Source: Porphyridium purpureum (Eukaryota). Taken from it: 64,000 nt of DNA. Both the position numbers and the translations under genes were made by a program. Positions 55,418 through 63,691 of the stretch are shown piece by piece. Under the pieces are notes generated by a model, which was not told where the DNA came from, did not search any database, and saw nothing but the letters and a program-made list of their open reading frames with translations. The stretch lies in contig VRMN01000003.1 in NCBI GenBank assembly GCA_008690995.1, positions 2,170,001 to 2,234,000 on the forward strand, read 5' to 3'. How positions within the stretch are numbered: the stretch's first letter is position 1; each line of letters starts with the position of its first letter.

Positions 55418-56446
55418 CTACTGCGGGCCCCCCGTTTCGTTTTTTGACTCACGGAGTGGACACTGACGTTTCGTATGGCCTGGCTGATGGCACGTCCAAC
55501 ATACAATCTGATGCTGTCCTTGTCCTGTTACATTGCAACCCCCTTGTGCCGTTGGCGGCAAATATTCTGTAGCCGGTGCTCCATGCAATGCTGCTGCCAT
55601 AGTTGACGACCTAGGCTTCTGTACTTCGTCCAGGACGCGCACGCCACGCTGGCGGGCATTCCTCTGCGCCGCTTTTGTGACCACAGTTACGGCTTCTGCA
55701 AAAGAAGCTGAAACAAGAAGCGACCAGTCTTGGAGCGCTGGCGGCAATCCAGACAGAAAGCGAATTTTGATATCCTTATCTTCTGGACTGGGCACTTGAC
55801 AGGTGGACAGATCTGACACTCTTGTGGCGAAGGACTTAACGCCTTCCCGATCACCCATCTTGATTGACTCCCACCGTATCTTCATGTCTGTAGCGTGTAC
55901 TGTATTGTAGAAACGCTCCTCCATAAACGCCAGAATCTCCACTGCAGACTTGTCCGTGTACCGCTTACAGAGCTGCCACAGGTAACGCTTTGCGTGCTCT
56001 GCAAACGCATATGAAAGCCAGTCACGAGCCTGCGACTGTCGATGCAATCCAACGGGCGGCGTATTTGCAAGCAGCTGCAGCACGCGTGCTTTGACCATTG
56101 GAAAATTAGGGTCACCTTCTTCACTAACCTGCAAACCCGTGAATTCCTCGCGCCACATTTTTGCACGGTCCAGATTCAACCTTACCACCTGCGTGGGCAC
56201 AACGCTCACCGCACTTTCGAACGTCGACTCCGGCGACGGCGTGTTAGTGGAAGTGTCCCCCGCTCCTGCGGCTGGACTAGCCGTCGCCGGTAATTCCATC
56301 CCCTGGCGCTCCGCCAGTCTTCCCGCCAAGCTGCGTACGGCCTCCGCCAATTCTTGAAACATTTCCGCCGTCACGGCCCTGTGCGCCTCGCCTGTGGCGC
56401 CTCCAGCTCCACCGGCTACTCCAGATGCCCCATCGCCGGGCTCCAT
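55418..56446 (-). CDS. gag: Gypsy Gag
   Basis: Capsid-like M...E.V..F..R...RFLSGL region and CCHC knuckle CWTCHQPGHTKRQC. Confidence 0.9.
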   Translation of the reverse strand: MEPGDGASGVAGGAGGATGEAHRAVTAEMFQELAEAVRSLAGRLAERQGMELPATASPAAGAGDTSTNTPSPESTFESAVSVVPTQVVRLNLDRAKMWREEFTGLQVSEEGDPNFPMVKARVLQLLANTPPVGLHRQSQARDWLSYAFAEHAKRYLWQLCKRYTDKSAVEILAFMEERFYNTVHATDMKIRWESIKMGDREGVKSFATRVSDLSTCQVPSPEDKDIKIRFLSGLPPALQDWSLLVSASFAEAVTVVTKAAQRNARQRGVRVLDEVQKPRSSTMAAALHGAPATEYLPPTAQGGCNVTGQGQHQIVCWTCHQPGHTKRQCPLRESKNETGGPQ

Positions 56447-56572
56447 TCTGGCTGTCACTGAAGGCACAGATGCTCCAATCGCCCAGTACCTTGCTACTCG
56501 CTCTACAACCCCACGTCCGGTGTTTTAGCCAAACGACAACAGTATCCGGCTGTCGCCCTTTCTTCGAAGAAA

Positions 56573-56854
56573 TGTTGCAGGTACCAAGTTAAACACCAAA
56601 CTTTCTTACTTTTTTTTTTTCTTTTGACTGAGACCGTCACGCAACCCGCTCCCCATTTTATACCCTTCACAAGACTCCAAGTCTATCACATTTGACGTGC
56701 CTGACCGCACGGAAAATCGCCATTCCTCACTGACGCACCGCGCCAATGCGCCCTTCCAGAGCATCCTCCGAACGGCGCACTCTTTTAACTACCTCGCGCT
56801 CCAACTCACCTTCAGCGCGTCGCTTTTCGAGCGCTCCAGTAATTGCCTGTAACA
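56573..56854 (-). repeat. Gypsy 5' LTR (282 bp)
   Basis: TG...CA ends. Minus-strand TATAAAA followed about 25 nt later by TCAGTC. Confidence 0.93.
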
Positions 56855-57658
56855 AATTCTCGCACGCTTGATGATGACAAGCGCACGAACCCGGATGACA
56901 CAACCCTTCTCAGATGACCGAACCCCAGCAACACGACGCACACAGCACAGAGAACACAACCACACGACGCACACAACACAGACGACGAATACCCGGGGCG
57001 TGGAAAATCCAGCGTATAGGGCCTCTACTATTGCCTTTCGCGTCGGCACAGACAGCACCGGTCTCGACAGGGGCAGGGTGTCGTAACGGACAAAGCCGCC
57101 GTCTGCCTTCAGTGCTCCAAGAGCACCGAAACCCCCCAGACACGATGTGCTGCTGGCTCTGCTACACAGGCTCAGCAAAAGGCCCCACGCCTTCCGACGA
57201 CCACGCCCAGGCACCCGACACCAAAGAACAACTCTTCCTTTTATTCTCTGTGTCCTTCTCCCTTGCCTCTCCTTCTTCCGCTCTAAAGAAAATCCGGGGA
57301 ACCGCACAGGCCCGCGCCCATTATATACCCCGCCGTCCTTGCTGTCCTTGACGCGGAAGGGAGAAATTATTTCTCCCAAAGGCTGGGCTTTCCTCCGTTC
57401 GTTCCACAGAACGAAGCCACAGCCAGCCACGTCAGCAAGCGGCTCAATGGGTGCTGGCCGGCCGCCAAGCGGCTCCTGCTTCCCTCGGACACGCGACTCC
57501 GGCTCCTCGGGGCGAAAGACAACAATACACAAAACCAGAGGTACAGGGTAAAAAACCACGCGGGCGAAAAAGCCCCTGTACCTCAAACAATTCCGAGACG
57601 CCGTACCTCCGGGTGTACACCCAGGGCGTCTCTCGGACCGGAACACTTTTAATCCATG
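56855..57658 (-). repeat. Outer element 3' LTR (main part; its terminal bases lie at 51362-51370)
   Basis: Direct repeat of 62043-62851, abutting the PPT. Confidence 0.92.
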
Positions 57659-57669
57659 CTCCTCCTTCC
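57659..57669 (-). other. Polypurine tract of the outer element
   Basis: GGAAGGAGGAG immediately before the 3' LTR. Confidence 0.8.
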
Positions 57670-57734
57670 GATCTGAGGGACGCGTAACATAGTCCAACAC
57701 CTGATATGACCTTCCGGAAACAAAGGTTTTGTCA

Positions 57735-60700
57735 TCAAGTCGGACACGTTTTCCCCGTCCTCACATATTCCAATCTCACCAGCTTTTGCTTCTCGCAAAC
57801 TTGGTGTATCCACGCCAAGTCCGTGGCTCTGGTCACTGCCATGTGATGCAACTTTGGCGAGTAGCCCATCTCGACCGCACGGAGAACAACTTGACTATCA
57901 CAAAGCAGGGTCAACGCATAATCCCCCTCTTGCACGCTTCGAAGAAACGACAATGCCGGAAACAAGGATAACTGCACCGCCTCTTCCAGAGCGGCCATTT
58001 CCGACTCAGAGGTCGAAGAGCTCACAAAGCGTTGCCTTCTGGAGCTCCAATCGACCAGATACTTGTTTCCACCCGCGACCAAGTACGTCACTCGTCCAGA
58101 CGTCGACTTGCGCGTTTCCGGACACCCAGCGAAGTCGGCATCAGCATAACCCAAGACGCTTACGTCGCTGATCTTCAATGACGTCATCCGCAAATACTCA
58201 AGTGGCTCACGAGGCACCTTCAAGTATTGCATGACGCGAACCAGGAGTCTCTCAGCTGCGACGTTCCAGCTATCCACATACCGAGCCACCACTCCAACTG
58301 CGTAGGAGATATCCGGTCTGACCGTCCTGGCCAACCACAGCAGCCTCCCAAAATGCTCGCGTATTTTCAGATGCCCATGTTCGACTTGAACATCCAATAC
58401 AGCGTCAGCATTCATCTTCTCGCCTGGTGACTTCACTGCTCGCAGCACCTGCCCAAGTTCTTCTTCGAATTCCTTCACCACCAAAGCTTGGTAGTGATCA
58501 TGATCCAACGAAAGCCGTGCCGCCGACTCCGAGATCGTGAGACCTAGGAACCTCAACGGGGTACCTTCCGAGAGGACTTCTGGCTCCTTCTCAATGAGGA
58601 ACTCTGACCTCAACTCTCGAAATATCTCACCCCGATCCTTCTCGGCACACGCGAGCAGGCCATCATCGACATACAAGGCCAAGAGTGCAACAGATGCACT
58701 TCCCGCCATCTTTTTTACGTATACATTCTTCTCGCCGTGAATCAAATCCCACCCGAACTTCTGAAGTCTTCTGCGGGCATCGATGGAAAAGTCAGACCCG
58801 CTTCTTGGCAAGCCATAAAGCGCCCTCCTTAAGCGAACGACAAGTCCATCACCTCCTCCTGGAACGTGACGGGGCAACATGGCAAACGTCGGTGGTCCTG
58901 ACAAGTCAGCGTGTAAGTACGCCGACGTCACATCGAACGACACGATTTTCAATCCCAGGATCGCGGCCAAAGCTATCAGCATTCTGATTGCAGACAGGCC
59001 CGCGGGCACCTCATAGTCAAACACATCCTGAGTGACCTTCCCTGAGGCATCCCAAATCCTATTTCCACCAGCAACAAGCCGACACTTGACCTTGCGAAAC
59101 TCCTCCGGAAGCTCAGCGAACTTCAATCCGAATATAAAGTGTGTCCGCACAAATCGTGCGCCTGGGACCTTGAGAGCTTCTTCCCTTGAAATAGGTTGCT
59201 CATCCCATACCTTGAATCGGATCATCAAGTCCACTTCTTTTTGCATGGCTTCTCTTCCAGCCGAAGAAGCCAGAGCTTGGCTCGTCTGCAACAAAGTTGT
59301 CAAGTTCAATTGCGGTGTTTCTGGAGCAACTCCTGCGCGTTGCTTCCAATTTTCCTCCGAGAGGCCCATATTATGGGCCCGGGCTCGCACATCCTTTCCG
59401 TTTCTTGAATTGCGGAACACTGCCTTGTATTCTTGCAGAGTTCTTTCCCACTTCCCCCAGCCAAAGAGCCGTAAGCCATCCATGATGGCCTGATCCTCTT
59501 CCCGGCTCCAAGCTACACTGGGTTTTCGTTTCCCCCTTCTTCCAATAGGTAGGGGAACGTCCTCCTCCAAGTTCCCGGATACACGCGCCTCGGCCGTATT
59601 CGTAGGCAACACCATAGTCTCTTGACTATCCGGTTCTTCCTGCCTAGGGTGAAAGTCGATTTCACCCTCACGTGCCGAGACCTCCTCGTCATCCCTTGTT
59701 TCCAAAGTCCGCATTGGAAACACTTCAGGGAACGCCTTGAAGTCCTGAGTGCGAGTCAGCTTCGGTGCCGCACTCGTCCACTCCTCCTGAGGAAGGACCC
59801 AGATTGCCAGCGGATGCTCCGCAACTCCAACAAGGACTCCAATCTTTCCTCTGGGTGCATACTTGTTCTCAGGTTGATCATTCTTGAAAACCACCTTGCA
59901 CCCAAATGGTACTGCTACCTTCCCCCGCTTCCATCTCTCACCGTACCTCATTTCATACGGAGACTTCCCAGACCTCTTGTCTGGGTGCAGCCGATTGAAC
60001 ATGAAGACGAAATGCTGAGCGGCATGCAAAAACCACCGCTTTCCCAGCCCAGACTGCAGGAGATTTGCTCGTACCCCCTGATTCAAAGTATGATGGAAAC
60101 GTTCCTGTTCAGCGTGGCTATTCGGTCTATGTGGGACGCCAATCTCATGCTTCACGAGATTCTCCCGTACCAAATTGCTCACATTTCCCCTGAACTCGTT
60201 TCCATCATCTGTCCTCAGTACCTTTGGCCATCCTCGCCCGGCTTGCACGCTTGTCCAAGCTTCAGCAACCGCCGTATGCGTTTTGGCTCTCAATCCTGCC
60301 AGTGTGGCCCACCTCGTCGCTCTATCGATGTGCGTCAGTATGTACTTTGCTCCATCGATGGCTTCCACGTTACGTCCGGGCTCCACCAGGTCGATCCCAA
60401 CTTCGTCATTGAACGACAAAGTGGACAAGTCCTTCTCCAGCCTTCTTGCTGGTCGGCTCTTGATCTTGGCCACAACACACGTCTCACAATCATCCCGCAT
60501 CGGCATGTGAGTCAACGCATGTTCCATCCCGGCCATCTTTCCTTCGACCTCTTCACTGGCACTCTCCTCTTCTCCATCGTACGCTTGATTTCCGCTTGAC
60601 TCGGAAAGAGCGTCCACGACATTCACCATCGCACAATCTTCCACATTTTTAAGTTCCAAGTCCATCGAACCCCTCTGCCAATCAATCCTCGGGTTCACGC

Positions 60701-61073
60701 GACTCAGCCAGTCCCACCCGAGGATTGCATCCATTTGCAGCGGTCCGACATAAAACTTGACCGGCCCTTTCCAGAACCCAAGATCAACATGCTGCGACAC
60801 CGGGCCATGCACTGAGACACTTTGCCCACCCGCAAGCTTGACCATTCCGTTCTCGCGCCCTTCAAATCTGCCGACAAAGCGAGATCCAAGAAAATTGTGC
60901 GATGCTCCGCTGTCCACCAGAAATTGGACAGACTCGCCATCTAAAGTTCCACGCTTGTAGAGCAACCTCGACGCCGCATCAGCGCGCCAGACCTCACCTA
61001 CAAAGCCCATCCCGGGAGGTTCCGTTCCCCTCGAGTGCACCTCCCAACTTCTCCCTCGAGGTTTTAGTTTTCC
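57735..61073 (-). CDS. pol: Outer-element Pol: protease - integrase - Myb domain - copia-type RT - RNase H (1-bp frameshift at the extreme C-terminus)
   Basis: LVDSGASHNF; H..H..CETC and DDE (GIDL, RTDDGNEF, EQER); VKCRLVAGG, DVTSAYL, ALYGL, LYVDD; YADADFAG...RKSTSG, SSTSESE. Confidence 0.92.
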   Translation of the reverse strand, partial: GKLKPRGRSWEVHSRGTEPPGMGFVGEVWRADAASRLLYKRGTLDGESVQFLVDSGASHNFLGSRFVGRFEGRENGMVKLAGGQSVSVHGPVSQHVDLGFWKGPVKFYVGPLQMDAILGWDWLSRVNPRIDWQRGSMDLELKNVEDCAMVNVVDALSESSGNQAYDGEEESASEEVEGKMAGMEHALTHMPMRDDCETCVVAKIKSRPARRLEKDLSTLSFNDEVGIDLVEPGRNVEAIDGAKYILTHIDRATRWATLAGLRAKTHTAVAEAWTSVQAGRGWPKVLRTDDGNEFRGNVSNLVRENLVKHEIGVPHRPNSHAEQERFHHTLNQGVRANLLQSGLGKRWFLHAAQHFVFMFNRLHPDKRSGKSPYEMRYGERWKRGKVAVPFGCKVVFKNDQPENKYAPRGKIGVLVGVAEHPLAIWVLPQEEWTSAAPKLTRTQDFKAFPEVFPMRTLETRDDEEVSAREGEIDFHPRQEEPDSQETMVLPTNTAEARVSGNLEEDVPLPIGRRGKRKPSVAWSREEDQAIMDGLRLFGWGKWERTLQEYKAVFRNSRNGKDVRARAHNMGLSEENWKQRAGVAPETPQLNLTTLLQTSQALASSAGREAMQKEVDLMIRFKVWDEQPISREEALKVPGARFVRTHFIFGLKFAELPEEFRKVKCRLVAGGNRIWDASGKVTQDVFDYEVPAGLSAIRMLIALAAILGLKIVSFDVTSAYLHADLSGPPTFAMLPRHVPGGGDGLVVRLRRALYGLPRSGSDFSIDARRRLQKFGWDLIHGEKNVYVKKMAGSASVALLALYVDDGLLACAEKDRGEIFRELRSEFLIEKEPEVLSEGTPLRFLGLTISESAARLSLDHDHYQALVVKEFEEELGQVLRAVKSPGEKMNADAVLDVQVEHGHLKIREHFGRLLWLARTVRPDISYAVGVVARYVDSWNVAAERLLVRVMQYLKVPREPLEYLRMTSLKISDVSVLGYADADFAGCPETRKSTSGRVTYLVAGGNKYLVDWSSRRQRFVSSSTSESEMAALEEAVQLSLFPALSFLRSVQEGDYALTLLCDSQVVLRAVEMGYSPKLHHMAVTRATDLAWIHQVCEKQKLVRLEYVRTGKTCPT

Positions 61074-62020
61074 GGGCCTCCCGCCAAGTGCCCGTTCCGC
61101 TTTGGGCAATTGGGTTTGATGTGGCCGCGCTGCCCACAATGGTAGCATCTGACTTTGCCCATGTCCGCACGCTTGCGCTTCTCCGGCTGGCGTTTCTCCA
61201 CGACGCCCAAATCCATTGGCGCCGTCCCGGCATACGACGAGCTGTTCCGGTAGTTTGGACTCGAGGCGCCATGAAAAGCCTCCCTCATGTCTCCTCCAAA
61301 CCTACCAACCTGCTCCGCAGCCAACGCCGCCCTCAGCGACTCTTCCAGCGTCTTCGTGTCCTGACGCGCCACCTCAAGGCGAAGCCTCTCCTTCAGGCCG
61401 AGAGTGAAGATGGTGTTGAGCTCGGCATCTGTCACATTATCCACGGACAGAGCCACCATCCTCAGGCGCTGCTCAAACTCAGCAACAGTCATCTTGCCCT
61501 GCTTCAGCTGATACAAGTTCGTTCGAGCAGTCAGGTATGCCTGCGGCGGCTCAAATGCCGTCCTCACGAAGCTCGCGAACGCATTCCAACCGGACTCGGC
61601 CAATGCCATCCTCTGTTCCTCAGGGCGAGCTGCCCACAGAAGCGCGGCATCCTTCTCAAAGAAGCGCGACGCTACGATCACCTTCTGCGACTCCAGCGCT
61701 CCAGCTGGCATGCACATGTCCAAGTCTTGCTTCATCCTCGACAACCACTCGTTCACAACGAGTTTGTCGCGCTGTCCGTCGTATTTCCTCAAGCTGCGTC
61801 CAATCAGCGATGCAACGGTCCTTTCCGTTTCGCCGGGACCAGCTGACACAGATGCCTGATGCATCACATTCTGCAGCATCTCCTGCAAGAGGCGGTTTCC
61901 CTCCTGCAGCTGCACAATCATCATTTCTTGTCCTCCGATACGAGCATGAAGCTGGTTGAAAGCTTCAATCCACGACGCGCCGCCCTGCAGGCCCTGCACG
62001 TCCATTCCCTCAGAATCCAT
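61064..62020 (-). CDS. gag: Outer-element Gag (retrotransposon-gag type)
   Basis: KYDG...EWL, LYQLKQGKMTVAEFEQR, FTLGL, PMDLG and CCHC knuckle CYHCGQRGHIKPNC. Confidence 0.92.
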   Translation of the reverse strand: MDSEGMDVQGLQGGASWIEAFNQLHARIGGQEMMIVQLQEGNRLLQEMLQNVMHQASVSAGPGETERTVASLIGRSLRKYDGQRDKLVVNEWLSRMKQDLDMCMPAGALESQKVIVASRFFEKDAALLWAARPEEQRMALAESGWNAFASFVRTAFEPPQAYLTARTNLYQLKQGKMTVAEFEQRLRMVALSVDNVTDAELNTIFTLGLKERLRLEVARQDTKTLEESLRAALAAEQVGRFGGDMREAFHGASSPNYRNSSSYAGTAPMDLGVVEKRQPEKRKRADMGKVRCYHCGQRGHIKPNCPKRNGHLAGGPEN

Positions 62021-62034
62021 CTTCGCCGATGCGA

Positions 62035-62042
62035 TGATACCA
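62035..62042 (-). other. Primer binding site, tRNA-iMet type
   Basis: TGGTATCA directly after the 5' LTR, then TCGC in place of the usual GAGC. Confidence 0.8.
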
Positions 62043-62851
62043 CTTTAAATTCTCGCACGCTTGATGATGACAAGCGCACGAACCCGGATGACACAACCCT
62101 TCTCAGATGACCGAACCCCAGCAACACGACGCACACAGCACAGAGAACACAACCACACGACGCACACAACACAGACGACGAATACCCGGGGCGTGGAAAA
62201 TCCAGCGTATAGGGCCTCTACTATTGCCTTTCGCGTCGGCACAGACAGCACCGGTCTCGACAGGGGCAGGGTGTCGTAACGGACAAAGCCGCCGTCTGCC
62301 TTCAGTGCTCCAAGAGCACCGAAACCCCCCAGACACGATGTGCTGCTGGCTCTGCTACACAGGCTCAGCAAAAGGCCCCACGCCTTCCGACGACCACGCC
62401 CAGGCACCCGACACCAAAGAACAACTCTTCCTTTTATTCTCTGTGTCCTTCTCCCTTGCCTCTACTTCTTCCGCTCTCTAGAAATCCGGGGAACCGCACG
62501 GGCCCGCGCCCATTATATACCCCGCCGTCCTTGCTGTCCTTGACGCGGAAGGGAGAAATTATTTCTCCCAAAAGGCTGGGCTTTCCTCCGTTCGTTCCAC
62601 GGAACGAAGCCACAGCCAGCCACGTCAGCAAGCGGCTCAATGGGTGCTGGCCGGCCGCCAAGCGGCTCCTGCTTCCCTCGGACACGCGACTCCGGCTCCT
62701 CGGGGCGAAAGACAACAATACACAAAACCAGAGGTACAGGGTAAAAAACCACGCGGGCGAAAAAGCCCCTGTACCTCAAACAATTCCGAGACGCCGTACC
62801 TCCGGGTGTACACCCAGGGCGTCTCTCGGACCGGAACACTTTTAATCCATG
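62043..62851 (-). repeat. Outer element 5' LTR (809 bp)
   Basis: Direct repeat of 51362-51366 + 56855-57658, with about 5 substitutions and 2 single-base indels by eye. Confidence 0.92.
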
Positions 62852-63072
62852 CTGTAAGCAACGTGTAGAGGTTCTGCGATTTACTGTACACCCATTAACC
62901 CAGATTGGCGTTACCCTACCCTAATCACGCGCCATGGAGCCGGCAAACGAGACTTGGTTGATCGCTAGTGAAGGCGATGAAGAAGCGGAAACACCAAGAG
63001 AGAGAGAGACTTGAAGACAGAGCCGGACAGAGCCGGACAGCAAGCGGACAGCAAGCGAAGAAGAGGCTCATC

Positions 63073-63630
63073 ATGAGTTTGCTGCGGCCGATTCGGATGC
63101 GGTGGCAAAAGCCGCACCGCAACTTTGAGTACCCAGTGGACAACAAGAAGCACGTGCTGCAGTTCGGACAGTACGGGCTCAAGGTGATTGGGAATTACGA
63201 TGTGCGCGTCAAGCAGATCCGGTTTTCCGCCAAGCAGATCGACACGCACGAGCGCATGATCAAGCGCGAGCTCCGCGTGCACCCGCTCAGCAAGGGCATC
63301 GTCCATTTTTGGTGGAGGATCTACCCAGATCGCCCAGTCGTCAAGCTTGGCGCGGAGCAGCGTATGGGAAAGGGAAAGGCAGAGGTCGACCACTTTTCGG
63401 CAGCGCCGCGCAGGGGGCAGATTCTCATCGAGTTCTCCGAGGCACCGCGCAAAATCATACAGGACGTGGCAGAAAAGTTCCAGAAAATATGCCACCTTCG
63501 CCTCAAGCTCGTGACCAAGCCGCGCCCAACCTTCTTCACCAAGCCGCTCGCGCCAGACGTTGTCGAACGACTCTCGCGTAAAAGCCCCGCCGTGCCCGGG
63601 ATAGGCTTGCAGCAAATCTATGATGACTAG
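63073..63630 (+). CDS. rpl16: Bacterial-type ribosomal protein uL16, probably mitochondrial, nucleus-encoded
   Basis: LRP.R.RW.K.HR, FGQYGLK, RIYPDRPV...EQRMGKGK..VDHF...GQILIEF. Confidence 0.85.
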   Translation: MSLLRPIRMRWQKPHRNFEYPVDNKKHVLQFGQYGLKVIGNYDVRVKQIRFSAKQIDTHERMIKRELRVHPLSKGIVHFWWRIYPDRPVVKLGAEQRMGKGKAEVDHFSAAPRRGQILIEFSEAPRKIIQDVAEKFQKICHLRLKLVTKPRPTFFTKPLAPDVVERLSRKSPAVPGIGLQQIYDD

Positions 63631-63691
63631 CTGGACGTATAAATATGGAATAAGTATGTATTCTCTTTGCACAAGTGAAATACTCCACGTG

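Larger units (their letters stand above)
51371..56854 (-). mobile_element. Ty3/gypsy LTR retrotransposon nested in the 3' LTR of the outer element
   Basis: LTRs TGTTGCAGG...CCTGTAACA. 4-bp TSD AATT (51367-51370, 56855-56858). gag plus PR-RT-RH-INT. Confidence 0.95.
51362..62851 (-). mobile_element. Copia-order LTR retrotransposon (outer element, about 6.0 kb without the nested insert) with gypsy-like gag/PR and a Myb domain
   Basis: 809-bp LTRs about 99% identical. 5-bp TSD CTGTA at 51357-51361 and 62852-62856. PBS TGGTATCA, PPT, gag and PR-INT-RT-RH. Confidence 0.93.

Noticed and set aside
56789..57700. 303-aa ORF across the outer 3' LTR (env-like?)
   Set aside because: The frame is not preserved in the other LTR copy (indels), it crosses the gypsy junction and it has no env motifs.
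59622..61846. Long plus-strand ORFs (325 and 314 aa) within the outer element
   Set aside because: Antisense shadows of gag/pol with no domain signal.
62046..62849. Alternative LTR boundaries TG(GATT)...(AATT)TA for the outer element
   Set aside because: These ends give no target-site duplication, whereas the CA...AG ends give a perfect CTGTA TSD and abut both the PBS and the PPT.
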